A DNA stretch of 64,000 bases from Phoronis australis. Its lineage: Eukaryota > Animalia > Phoronida. Below, piece after piece: positions 41,562 to 55,200 of this stretch. The notes under the pieces are model-generated. The model was not told where the DNA came from. It did not search any database and saw only the letters and a list, made by a program, of their open reading frames with translations. The stretch lies in the NCBI GenBank assembly GCA_002633005.1, contig NMRA01000223.1, positions 342,237 to 406,236 of the forward strand. Direction: 5' to 3'. Position numbers and translations under genes: made by a program. Positions within the stretch are counted from its first letter, which is position 1. Every line of letters begins with the position of its first letter.

Positions 41562-42896
41562 CTTGGAAAGGTATTTTTTTCAACAAAATTATAACACATA
41601 CACCAGATGCAGGTCTTAAATATCCAGTTATGAAATCCCAACACTAAGGGTACATTGTATAGATGTGACACACGTTAAAAAGCAAGATCATACAAAATAA
41701 TGAGAATGAAGAGACAGCCGTTTCTCGAATGTGTCGGGGCTTTCTCACATACAACTCAGGCCTGGCTGGAATGCTAACTATCGGATGGAATTCAGTTTCT
41801 GTCTGTGTCAATTGTTGCCCGGCACATGCCACTGTCTTGGAACAAATCAAATTTCTATATGTATAATGCAAGAGTAAATAAGAGAAAGAGAATACAAACT
41901 GTTTACATTTATTAGTACATGTACAAAGGGATCTCAACATCATATAACACACAGCCAAGGCCAAACCCAATTGACCGGCCCATGACAATAATAGGAAACC
42001 AAAACATTCCGCTAAAACATTACAGAATCCAGCGATAAATTGAATATTTAAACGGAAATGGAAAGGTCTTTTGATCACATAAACGTAACACAACTTCCTT
42101 GCAGTGAAATAGCATCGGCTTCAACATTCAATTGGGAATAAAAAATAACACATGTGGTTTAATTAAACTCCAAAATTGAACAGTATCACATCAAAATTAA
42201 GTTTCTATAATAAGACTGAAAAGTGTGTATTTTCAATCAATCACTCAATTTATTTCTGCGATAAAGGCCATACCATAGGCCTACTGTACAAGAGAACAAC
42301 ATGTACCATACTTAGAGTGCAGCAAGCTAACGAGACAAAAAGCATAAATACATGTTTTCATGGGTTAACTAATTTAGCAACATCACTAGTTGAGATTAAT
42401 CTATTGAACTTGAAAAAAACGGAAAATTCCGGTAGTACACCTTAATTTTCTATCAGTTCGTAATATTTATCACAGTTTAGAAGGAACGGTACTCGTCCTC
42501 CACCACATTTGGGCAGAAGGGACACGCTGTTTGCGCTATCCAAATTCAAGTGCCTGCCTACTTCAATCATGAGACTGTGGCTAGAACAACGAAAACGTGC
42601 CTTAGGCATAATTTGTGCACGGGGAACACTAAAAAAATTTGTCCAATTTGAATTTCTTTTTAAATTGATTATAAAAACAAAGTTTAGGGTTAATCTCAAC
42701 ACTTTGTCTCCATCCTTGAAAATAACAATCCCTTGTTGGCTGTCTAAAAATTAACGGAAAAGTATTTTCACACACCGTAATGCCTTGATTTAACCAAACT
42801 TCTTGGAATCCATAATTTGACAATAAAAGTCTAACTAAAGTGACATTTCATAGATATTCAGCCGATTCAAAGCTGCATTATAATCTGTTTAGCTGC
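41562..42896 (-). mobile_element. Non-LTR retrotransposon 3' fragment with flank (copy 1)
   Basis: Frameshifted GFQEVWLNQG...DCYFQGW...RFRCSSHSLMIEVGRH, typical of a LINE ORF2 C-terminus; recurs at about 46046-47415 and 59040-60704. Confidence 0.7.
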
Positions 42897-43847
42897 CTCA
42901 GAAACGAAAATCGAATAGGACTTTAGCCGTGATGCTCATAAAACTGATCTCGGTAATACTCCTTACCGCGATAGTTTAAGCCACAGGTCAATGTTCACAG
43001 GTGTCATTTTTTTAATTCCTGATTGTAGGCTTGGTGAGCCTCAAAAATTGCGGTGTGTTCTCGAGTCCCTGATGGTGTCGATGTTATATAGAATATAAGG
43101 AATGTTACGATACTGAATTTATGACAGCAAAAGCCCTAATTTGATTTTTTAATTATTTTCAGCCAGGAAAAACAGTGCAAAGTTGAACTTTTGAAAAGCA
43201 CCTCTCCAACAACTGAAGTCGTAAATTGTGAAATGTAATAAATGGTTAGACTTGTTGCAAGGATGCCTGGTTATTAAAACAGTTCCATTTAATGTACCTC
43301 AGCAGGTACATAAGCCTACTTTCACCATGGGTACCAGCAAATGTTAAAAATTACGCTACCAGCCATTTTTTGTTTGTTGCTTTCTCCCTCTTGAAACACT
43401 ACAGTACAAAAAGGCTACTTCACGTGTCATCTGACGTGACTACATTTGCGTGTTTTCCTTCACTGGCCTATGGAATTGAGCATATGTCATGTGCAACTGA
43501 ACTGTACAATGTATGCGTTGAGGTAAAAGTCACGTCTTTGGTGTTCATTGGAGATTCACCGTTACATTTGGTGCCCAATGAGGGCGTGTGTTACACACAG
43601 TAGTCATAACTGCTAGAAAATCAACTGCAGAAACATTATGTTAACATATCCCAAATTTTATAAAGATTCATCAAAGATTTCGAAGCAAACGCAAAAAATA
43701 AAATTTCCACTGGAGGACGCCACAACAGATCTGTCCGAAAATTAATGTTGGCCATACGACACTCTCACCAAAATCTGCCAACTTTCAGATTTTAAACACT
43801 GGAGGCGGATGCCAAGACTGGGAAATAATAAAAAATAAAAAGTGACT

Positions 43848-44552
43848 ACCAAGAGGCACAGAATGTGTTGACTCCTTCATAAAAAGTTATTCTGTAAGTT
43901 TAACGAAGATCTACCAAGGAACCAGGTAGGCTTTGAAGTATACACAAAAACATCAATTGCTTCTTTGGTGGTCAGACACATTTTGAAATCGGCACCAGCC
44001 ATGCTCTCCTCAGGAGGAACATATAAACCAAATTTCATGAAGAGCTATAAAGGAAACATATTGGCAAAGACAAAGAACAAAATTGCCACCACAGGGTCCC
44101 GGGGGCCATTTTCCTGACCAATCAGAGAATCAACGTCAGCCCTGCTATCTTCAATACAAAAACACCTAATAAATCTCATGATGATCCTTGGAGTTGTTTA
44201 CCCACTAAAGACACATAACAAAAGTGCTTAGAGGCACAGACTTCAATTTCATAGAGTCCATCTAAAATTGGAAATGTGTCATCATCTCAACAGAAACATA
44301 TTTGCCAAATTTCAGAAAATTCGCCAAGGAACTGGGTAGACACAGACACAAGAAAATATAATTGGAACTAGGTGGTACAACAGCAGCTGAATCCCTCAGA
44401 AAGCAGGTGTCACCGGTTGTTAGATTTATAGGAACACACCTGCCAAACTTCATGAAGATTCTGCAGGTAGTTTAGGAGATACAGCAGCAGACACCAGGAC
44501 AGAGTTGACGGCAATATGCACCCACATAATTATATATAATGTGGGTGCACAA
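43848..44552. mobile_element. Helentron/HINE-like non-autonomous element with internal tandem units of about 138 bp
   Basis: Degenerate units with a ccaaatttcatgaagat-like core at about 43896, 44030, 44171, 44307 and 44445, then terminal hairpin TGCACCCACAT..ATGTGGGTGCA. Confidence 0.5.
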
Positions 44553-45406
44553 GAAGACATTGATGGCTTCTAGGTAGCCCAATGATTTCGGAAATGTTTT
44601 TTGAATGATTCATAATTTCTCTGCATATTCATTATAAACATGGTAGCAGAAATGAAGTTTTTTCATGAGGGAATTTTAGAAGCAAGTAATTGTCCTAGTT
44701 TTGATTTGTCTAACAGCAAACAAGTTGGAAGTGAAGCTTGAAGGTTATGTAGGACCTTATCAACAAGTCTGAGTGTTTTATCTCTGAAAGTATATAATTA
44801 TTTTAAAAGTTGGAAACTAGAAGAATTAAAACTTTTTACTATTTGCCAATCTACCATTAATTGAGTCACATGAACATATTTTTAGTAAAATTTAGCAAAA
44901 AAGAAAGTTAGATCCACATTTAGCAAAAACAATAATATCAATAACAAGACCATATTTTGTTTCATATTAATGTTCAAGATAAAATTTCAAAAGTGCTGTT
45001 ACAGTTTTCTAAAATATTGCTCTGTATTTTGGTTTATGCAACATTTAATTTCTTTCATGAAAATCACATAAAAGTCCCATGCTACTCGGGTCTATCCCAA
45101 GATGCATCGTGGCACCAGAGGGCGCAGCTTTCAAAATGTCCAATCTGCATATCGTTTATTTGCAGAATAGTGCCTAAAGCATAGAGTGTGAAAGTTTCAC
45201 CTGAATCAGATCATCCATTTCTGAGATTCGTTGTTCAAATAAGCCAAATTCAGAATTTTTCTAAATGGATTGAAATGATAAGGTAGGTGTGACTGAACAT
45301 TACTAAAAAAACCAACAAACTAAAAAGTAAACGTCACATTTCATCAAAAGTCAGCTCTGCAGAGGTGNATGAATGAGTGGTTGTAAAACTTGTACGCGTT
45401 GGTTAC

Positions 45407-45534
45407 CTGTCGCGCGGATCAACCCATGTCGTTTTCTGAGTGTTATGGTCTATGAAAAACACTTTCCCGTCATGGTCGAGTCCCTCCTCCCAGCCGTTTG
45501 GTAGGGAAAACTCCCCACTTCTCTGCTTTGGCAT
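45407..45534 (-). CDS. WWC1: Duplicate copy of KIBRA exon 1 (likely allelic assembly artefact)
   Basis: Same sequence as 40924-41051. Confidence 0.6.
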
Positions 45535-46045
45535 ATTTCATCCAAACTGCAGCGAAATACTCCATGAAAACATTACAGTTTTGTATCAGCGCTTCCATCC
45601 ACCATTTTGAATTGCTTCTATTATCATACGGACACATTCCTTGGTGACGTCAAAGGTGAATTATAAGGTCCCTGGTTTCAACCAATAGGAACGCTGGAAA
45701 TTTTGTTGTACATTTCTAACACAGGGACAGGAATGCAATTAACATGACAAAATGCTTGCATTCTTGTGTTAGTGGCTGTTCAAATATTTGACTGCGCGCC
45801 CTGCTGTAATTTGAAAGAGACAAATCTCTCGCCATCTATTGGATATTTTTTTAATGAGTGTGCTTGAGGTGTGTAAGAAAACCAAAGAAACGATATCGAA
45901 GTGCAAAACAGGTAAGGAACGGTTAGATAAAACATGGGCATTGTTGTCATGGTACCGGACCTGCTGTTGGCATTACCTTCTGTACAAATCAGAACGTATC
46001 ATACTTTTCATTCTGAAATCAAGGTTTTTCACTTAGTCTCTTTAC

Positions 46046-47415
46046 TTGGAAAGGTTTTTTTTTTCAACAAAATTATAACACATACACCAGATGTAGGTCT
46101 TAAATACTCCAGTTATGAAATCCCAACACTAAAGGTACATTGTATAGATGTGACACTCGTTAAAAAGCAAGATCATACAAAATAATGAGAATGAAGAGAC
46201 AGCTGTTTCTAGAATGTGTCGAGGCTTTTTCATATACAGTAGCAAAATGAACACCGCTGAAACAACTCAGGCCTGGCTCAGTGGAATGTTAACTATCGGA
46301 TGTAATTCAGTTTCTGTCTGTGTCGATTGTTGCCCGGCACATGCCACTGTTTTGGAACAAATCAAATTTCTATATGTATAATGCAAGAGTAAATAAGAGA
46401 AAGAGAATACAAACAGTTTACATTTATTAGTACATGTACATAGGGATCTCAACATCATATAACACACAGCCAAGGCCAAACCCAATTGACCGGCCCATGA
46501 CAATAATATAGGAAACCAAAACATTCCGCTAAAACATTACAGAATCCAGCGATAAATTGAATATTTAAACGGAAATGGAAAGGTCTTTTGATCACATAAA
46601 CGTAACACAACTTCCTTGCAGTGAAATAGCATCGGCTTCAACATTCAGTTGGGAATAAAAAATAATACATGTGGTTTAACTTAACTCCAAAATTGAACAG
46701 TATCGCATCGAAATTAAGTTTCTATAATAAGACTGAAAAGTATGTATTTTCAATCAAAAAGGCAGTCAATTTATTTCTGTGATAAAGGCCATACCATGGG
46801 CCTACTGTACAAGAGAACAACATGTAACATACTTAGAGTGCAGCAAGCTAACAAGGAGACAAAAAGCATAAATACATGTTTTCATGGGTTAACTAATTTA
46901 GCAACATCACTAGTTGAGATTAATCTATTGAACTTGAAAAAGACGGAAAATTCCAGTAGTTCACCTTAATTTTCTATCAGTTCGTAATATTTATCACAGT
47001 TTAGAAGGAACGGCACGCGTCCTCCACCACATTTGGGCAGAAGGGACACGCTGTTTGCCCTATCCAAATTCAAGTGCCTGCCTACTTCAATCATGAGACT
47101 GTGGCTAGAACAACGAAAACGTGCCTTGGACATAATTTGTGCACGGGGAACACTAAAAAAAATTTGTCTAATTTGAATTTCTTTTTAAATTGATTATAAA
47201 AACACAGTTTAGGGTTAATATCAACACTTTGTCTCCATCCTTGAAAATAACAATCCCTTGTTGGCTGTCTAAAAATTAACGGAAAACTTCCACACACCGT
47301 AATGCCTTGATTTAACCAAACTTCTTGGAATCCATAATTTGACAATAAAAGTCTAACTAATGTGACATTTCATAGATATTCAGCCGATTCAAAGCTGCAT
47401 TATACTGTTTAGCTG
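46046..47415 (-). mobile_element. Non-LTR retrotransposon fragment (copy within the haplotype duplicate)
   Basis: Near-identical to 41562-42896. Confidence 0.65.
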
Positions 47416-48790
47416 CCTAAGAAACGAAAATCGAATAGGACTTTTGCCGTGATGCTCATAAAACTGATCTCGATAACATTCCTTACAGCGATAGTATTTT
47501 AACCATTTAAGTCACAGGTCAATGTCCACAGATGTCTTTTTTTAATTCCTGAATTTAGGCTTGGTGAGCCTCAAAAATAGCGGTGTGTTCTCGAGTCCCT
47601 GATGATTTCGATGTTATATAGAATATAAGGAATGTTACGATACTGAATTTATGACAGCAAAAGCCCCAATTTGATTTTTTAATTATTTTCAGCCAGAAAA
47701 AAAACAGTGCAACGTTGAGCTTTTGAAAAGCACCTCTCCAACAACTGAAGTCGTAAATTGTGGAATGCAATAAATGGTTAGACTTGTTGCAAGGATGCCT
47801 GGTTATTAAAACAGTTCCATTTAATGTACCTCAGCAGGTACATAGGCCTACTTCCACCATGGGTACCAGCAAATGTTAAAAATTACGCTACCAGCCACTT
47901 TTTGTTTGTTGCTTTCTCCCTCTTGAAACACTACAATACAAAAAGGCTACTTCAGTATCGTCTGACGTGACTACATTTGGCGTGTTTTCCTTCACTGGCC
48001 TATGGAATTGAGCATATGTCATGTGCGACTGAACTATACAATGTATGCGTTGATGTAAAAGTCACGTCTTTGGTGTTCATTGGAGATTCACTGTTACATT
48101 TGGTGCCCAATGAGGGCGTGTGTTACACACAGTAGTCAAAACTGTTAGAAAATCAACTGCAGAAACATTATGTTAACATATCCCAAATTTTATAAAGATT
48201 CATCAAAGATTTCGAGACAAACGCAAAAAATGAAATTTCCACTGGAGAACACCACAATAGATCTGTTGGCCATAGGACAATCTGTAATTAAGTGAAAAAT
48301 GTGTCTGGGATAATCAACGAACCTTATTTTTGCTAAAAGTGACATGAAAAAAGGTTGCTTTCGCCTTTAATGTTCAAGATAAAATTTCAAAATTGCTGTT
48401 ACAGTTTTCTTAATTATTGTTCTGTATTTTGATTTATGCAACATTTAATTTCTCTCATGAAAATCACATAAAAGTTCCATGCTACTGGAGTCTATCCCAA
48501 GATGCATCGTGACACCAGAGGGCGCAGCTTTCAAAATGTCCAATCTGTATATCGTTTATTTGCAGAATAGTGCATAAAGCATAGAGTGTGAAAGTTTCAC
48601 CTGAATCAGATCATCCATTTCTGAGATACGTTGTTCAAAAAAGCCAAATTCGGAATTTTTCTAAATGGATTGAAATGATAATGTAGGTGTGACTGAAAAA
48701 TATTAAAAAAACAACAAACTAAAAAGTAAACGTCACATTTCATCAAAAGGCAGCTCTGCCGAGGTGCACACCGGGATTGTACATGTATTG

Positions 48791-49017
48791 CATGCGCGCA
48801 CCCAGGGGGGGGGGTTCAGTGAAGTGAGCAAACAGGTCCGCCTCGGAGAAACAAAAAGTCCGAGAAAACAAGACAAAAGTAGAAAAGTCCACTAAAAAGG
48901 CGCAGACGCACAGTGAAGTTGGTACCGTTTTTTTAGTCCTCCCCCTTTTTTGTCAGCAAAAGGTCCACATCACCAGAAATTCGAGCCACCCCATATTAAA
49001 GGCTGGGTGCACGCATG
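48791..49017. mobile_element. MITE with CA..TG termini and 5-bp TSD
   Basis: TIR CATGCGCGCACCCAG / CTGGGTGCACGCATG (14/15); flanks TATTG / CATTG. Confidence 0.7.
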
Positions 49018-49209
49018 CATTGTGCTAAATACAATGTCAAAAAAATCCTTGAACTCAAATAGAAGCAGATACAATAAAAACAATGCCAACAAAACCCTTA
49101 ATCTCTGGATAAAATGAGATGAAATGAAACATAAAAAAGTCCAATTTGTTATCAATCACAGTCCAAGTCATGCAGTATCACATCTCAGGATTCCATAGTA
49201 ACTTTAGCT

Positions 49210-49294
49210 TTACGTTTCCTTGACAACATCACAGCCTCGGAATTCTATGGCATCGAAATCAATTACAATCTGTTTCATTTTGGGCACGTATTGT
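49210..49294 (-). CDS. DCTD: DCTD exon 6 (terminal)
   Basis: [27 protein letters not shown]. Confidence 0.92.
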
Positions 49295-52200
49295 CTGAAA
49301 GGAAAGAAGTTTACACATTTAAGTGAATTATGAAGATCAAGACATTTTGGCAATCTCTTCAAAAGTTCCACACAATAATAGGGATGGAAAACGATTGTCG
49401 TAAATCAGCCAAAACTTGGTTCAAGCAACAACTTGACAACCTGACCTTGCAGGGGTTGAATTACAAGTATTGTTTTTTCTCATCGACATGCACATTTTGA
49501 AGTTCAATGTTAACATTAATTGTTGAGCAAAACGTGCAAGATTGAATACGCTTTGTTACTGAATAATTCAAATATTTTGAACACCTCCACAAGTGCCACA
49601 CCTCAATACTTTTGTATCAAAAACAACAACACAAGAAAGACAGTACATGCATAAACTGTCAAAAGTCATGCAATCACATTTTTTTCTGTTTGTAACAAAG
49701 ATGACAGATTTGTTGTCACACTTTTCATACCTATTTGACAATGAAATTGAAAATCAACTTCAGTATCAAAATAGAACTGTTGTGTCAGGGTGACCAAATT
49801 GTCCCCTGCTGACTAGGAATTGCTACCTATGGTTGAAGGCCAACCCCACCCCAACAGCTAAGCCACTCCTGTTGTCTGACATCAATCACGTTTTACTTTA
49901 TTAACGAAAAGCATCATCAGATGTTGTCATAACACAAAAATGTATTCTGGGCTTGGAATGACCAATGACAAAAAAGAGGAAAAATTTTGAGGTGATGTAT
50001 CATTCCACAAATAAATAGGCTTGTGTGATAGAAGATATTCTTGTGTTGTACAACTTTACTGAAATAAACATTTTTGCATGAATAGTCAAAATAATGATAA
50101 AAAGAGATGAAAAAAGAGGAAACTGGAAATCAAAAAAGAAGAAATCGAAACTAAAAAATAGGAAATCCTCTTAAAAGAGGAAAATTCTAAGCCCTGATAC
50201 ATAACAGGACTGACACATCAGTTTTGACGGTTCTGCTCAGTGTCCAGCCTACCTGTACTTTATGCCGGCCTGGTCCAACATAAATTTGGAGGCCTTAGTG
50301 CCAGGCTTATCCTTGTGTTTGTCCGATTTATAAACAACTTCCTGCAATAACAGTTAATGGTATATGAGTGAAATTCAGAGGCATAAAAATCTACAATGTT
50401 CGATAGATGGCCAGTAAAACCCTGCTATAAACTGGATCCAACAGAAGGATTTCATCAGAATAAGACAGAACTCCATTTATTTGAAAGACTGAGTGTACGA
50501 AAACACGTACCGTAGAATTACGTCAGAGCTCAAGTACAAGACAAAAATGAGACATAATATCATTTCCCCAAACTATTACTCCAAAAATGACAGATAATTA
50601 TCAAAGCCGCAAAATTCTTATTTTAGAACGGCTTAACCGCATTTAATTACAAACTTTCTTGTTAATTCCCGTTTCATAGAGAAATTGATTAGTATTAATT
50701 ATCTGGTCTTTATAATATTTCTTAATATTTTTCATGTCATGTGGCGCCATCTATTGTGTAGATTGATTAACAATTTTGCATCTTCTTAGAGGGCGACAGT
50801 GTTCTTATTCTCAGTCATGAGGGAAGGCTGCTCTTATGAATTTGGCTTCTGGCCAGCTGCCATCACAACGAATTCTGGGACATTTTGTCTGAATGCTTCT
50901 GATATATAGTGTAAGTGAAGATCCGACTCTCGCATATCAGACTTATGTCTTATTAAACCCAGTCTAGTGACGGAGACGGTAAATCTCGCAATAGAAATAT
51001 GCCAATGGATCATTTAAATTACTTTTAAAAAATGCGCACAATACCTTTATTCGAGACTGGATGATGAGTTTCGTGCATTCATTGCACGGAAACAGCGCCA
51101 CATACAACGTACAGCTCTTCACGTCAGCGGCATTCTTATTTAAAATAGCATTCAGCTCTGCATGGCAAACTGAAAACAAGAGGTTTTACTTTCAATAGTT
51201 AAAGAAAACAACCTATGTTCAGCTGTTTTCACAAAAAAGTGACACATCCTCTCTTGTTACGTGATAGGATTTGTAGATGGTGCTGCTATACTGTCATAAA
51301 GCTCTCCCCTGAAGAGAACCACTTAGTTATAACTCATATTACGGTAAGTTGCCATACTGCAAAAATGAGTATTTCATAAGGCAATACAAGATTATATCAA
51401 GTATCAATGTCCCCCTCACTTGTAGTTGTGACACGCAACACTCTCCGCAGTAATATCAGAAAAATTCTGGCGCACACATTCTCAACTTACTTGCTCAAAA
51501 TTTTATTCGACTTTTTCATCACAATTTTTACAGCTAAGATGAAGCAATTAGTCTTCGAATTCCTTTAAGAAAACTAACGGAAGGCTAAACATAAAGAAAC
51601 ATTGTTGGTTCTGAACTGTCTCAGAACTGTGCTCACTGGCTAAAAAAATGCCACCCGCATCAATTTGAGCCAAGGTATCACGTATTTGTTTTTGGAAAGC
51701 TGCACAAATATTAAGCGATAGCAAGTAAGATTTTAAGCACCTTGATTTGCCAAACAATGAGGAAAAACACAGATTTAGACTCACTTTTGCTATTTTGGGT
51801 GGATTAAATACGTTAACAAAAAAGCAACTAAAAATACTGTACCACCAAATTGATTTTCAAAAAAGAGAGACCACGACCAACTGTGCATTTTGGCATAAAC
51901 TTCAATCAACGAGAAAAGCTTCATATATTGTTAGCAACTTTCACAGCAAGACCACTTCTTATTTACAAGTCCTGCAAATCGACAAGACATACCATAAGGA
52001 TATTTTGTTTCTAGTGGATTTTCCGATGAACGTCCCCATGGTAACACATCATCACTGCAGCCAATTGGCATTCCATTGTAACCAATACCAACTATCTTCT
52101 TATCTTCATTGATTATGCAGGCACCAACCTGTTGGGCAGAGAATTGCTGAACAACATGAATACCACACCACAAAATTGCGTGTTGTCAAATTAAGTGATT

Positions 52201-55200
52201 AACAAATTTGTAGTTGGTATGCCCAAGCTAGCTGTTCCCAAGAATACAAGACAAGTTTTTGTGGATTACTAAACACTGCACTGAATTCACTCCATAAATT
52301 TAGCAAAATGTGTGGTTGTCAATGACAAATTCTGGCTTACAAACCAATCAGATGTCTTATGCAGTTGACCCTGCTGAACCAGTAAAGTGAATCAAGTGCT
52401 GTAGTGGCATCCAAAACAAGGCTGTTTTCGAAAACATACAATTTCCCTCTGAAAATTCTCTTCCTGTTCAATTTTCTCTACCAAATTTGCAACATGTTGT
52501 TAATTTGTTGGCTAAGTGCATTCAAGTAACGTTGCGAAATTATTGGATAACAGGAAAACGATAACAATAGCTATCTCTAGCTTTTTAGCCTCAGGTCATA
52601 AACCCTTCTGTCAAGAGATCAACTTTTGACTTCGTACCGCTATAAAATTAGATTCAATTTGTTTCGTACCGAGAAAAGGAATGGATTATGGGTCTGGAAA
52701 GAGTCGGACAATTGACCTATCGCAAGCTCCGCCCCTTTGGGAAAAGTCGACAAACAAACAATAAGTTTTACCCGGCAACATGTTGTTTGTCGGGTAAAAT
52801 GACGTCTTGGATATGAAGGTGTGTTAAGAATGCTGTGTTCTGATTGGTCAGTAAAGCCGTCACTCAAAATCCTGACAATAGATCAATTGTCAGTGCTTTA
52901 GATCATGCTAGGTTTGTCAGCTGGAGCGAAATGTCAGTTCTTTACAAGCCTAGAAATCACCTCTAAGCTAGGAAGCAAGCTTAAACTGGTAGAATTTAGC
53001 CGTGTTGCAGCTTAAAGCATTGGCGGAGCCTCACTTTTGTCGCAGTTGCTGTTGGTACTTAAGAATGAATTTGCAAAAGAATTTCATTTTCTAAAACCAT
53101 AAATGTGATGTCCAAAATAATGGTTCTGTGTATGTGTTACAAACGAGCACCTATCTGGCTACTCAACACCATTTCAAGAAAAGCCAAAGTCATATTTGGA
53201 TTCTGGCGATCTCTCTAGAAAGGCACCCAGATGTCACGTCAAATGTGGTTACCTGCAAGACACATTCTCTACAAAAAGCCTTGATGTAGTCATACCTGAG
53301 TGCAAGGGTCTTTACTTCTCTGTGCAGATAAGAATGCAACAGCCATAAAATAATCCTCCCATTCAAGGTAATCTGTCCTCTTCGAGTTAATGTCAATGCT
53401 GCAGGTAAAAAAATTGTGTTACTTTCTGTTATCATGAGACTGACGGAATCATACATAGGGATGGCAACTTTGTAATTCTCAGCGCAAGCGATTTACTTAA
53501 TTTGAGTTCACACAAACTATGAACGAAAAATACAAAAAATAATTTTGAGTTCGATTTTGAGTACAAAGATGAGGTCCTGACCTTGGAGCCAAAAATCGTA
53601 GGAGAAAAAAGTGAAACGGGGACCAGGAGTTACTCACTGAAAGCTAAGACTGGTATACGAGGTGGGTCGGCTCTGGGAATGTCATTCCACTCCTAAATAA
53701 GAGTGCGTTAAAGGTCGTGGTGTGAGATACATTTTCTGACATCTCTTCCAATTTAGTCCCATGCGTTCTAAATTGGGTTTATGTCTGGTGAACATGGAGG
53801 CCAGTCCATTTTGTTAATGTTTTGCTGTCCCCGATGCTGAATGACAATATGAGCGTGATGAATCCTTGCATTATCGTCCATGTATACAGCATGTGGGCCC
53901 TTGTTATTCACGAAAGGTATCTTGGTAACTGGATTAAGGATATTGTCGACATAACATCTGCCAGTCTCGTTTTTCTCCGTGACTGATACCAGCCCAAAGC
54001 ATGACACTCCTGTCATGAAATGAATGTTTTGATTTCACGCAGCAAATTGTATTTCTTTTGCCACGTCTTCACCAGACCTGTACTCTGCCATCGTTCTTTT
54101 GCAAACAAAAATACGATTAATATCTAAAGAGCACAGAATTCCACTGCTGTCTGGCCCAGTGCCAACACTGAGTGTCTGTATCTGTGCCTCTTGTGTTCAT
54201 CAGACATTGCTGGCACCTTTCTTGATTTGCGCGAAGTGAAATCAGCACTATGCAGTCTCTTACGGATGGTCTGATCTGAAATTCGTTGACCTCCATCGAC
54301 ATGGAGTTGTGATTGGAGCTCTTTAGCCGTAACAAATCGTCTTTTGGCTGCAATGATACGAGTTGGTCAATCTGCAAATTGATCAGTAACTTTTGGTCTA
54401 CCTGCTCTCACACGGTCCTTTACATCACATGGCTCACAATCGTAGCTTCCCTCTTAAAGTCTGTGCAACCTCATACAGCATTTTTCCAGCTTCCAACAAA
54501 CCAAGAGCCTTTCCACATTGAACAAGATTAAATGAGCGAACCATTTTGTTGGTCAATAAAAAAGAGTGCGGGTGGCCTGATGCCTTTTGTGGTACATCAG
54601 GCGTGCNNNNNNNNNNNNNNNNNNNNNNNNNNNNNNNNNNNNNNNNNNNNNNNNNNNNNNNNNNNNNNNNNNNNNNNNNNNNNNNNNNNNNNNNNNNNNN
54701 NNNNNNNNNNNNNNNNNNNNNNNNNNNNNNNNNNNNNNNNNNNNNNNNNNNNNNNNNNNNNNNNNNNNNNNNNNNNNNNNNNNNNNNNNNNNNNNNNNNN
54801 NNNNNNNNNNNNNNNNNNNNNNNNNNNNNNNNNNNNNNNNNNNNNNNNNNNNNNAAAAAATAATAATTATGTACAACGTCATGGGTTGAACCCAAGTCGT
54901 TCGCCATACCGTTCGGATCAGAGACAAAGTGTATAGAGTGAAGAGAATGCAAAGTACATTTAGCGTCGAGAAGGTTCGTAGAGGGATCAAAAGATGTGTT
55001 TCCGGAGGCTGCAGCAACAGCAGCCAGGCGGAAAACGTCTCGGTGTTCCGAAGGACACCAAAGTTGCGCAGAAGTGGCATGACTTCGTGCGCCGAACGAG
55101 AGTGTGGGACGTCATCGTGGACCAAGCGATTCGGGTCCGGGGCCACTCTGTGTTCTGCCCACTTTGAGGACTCGTGTTTCGACTCCAGTCACAGGAGACC

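Larger units (their letters stand above)
45369..48766. repeat. Tandem duplicate of 40886-45367 (KIBRA exon 1, promoter and upstream DNA); probable uncollapsed haplotype
   Basis: Starts right after the single N at 45368; 4483-bp offset at the start; near-identical except for a segment of about 1.2 kb. Confidence 0.9.

Noticed and set aside
54434-55146. Long ORFs containing X runs
   Set aside because: Artefacts of the N gap
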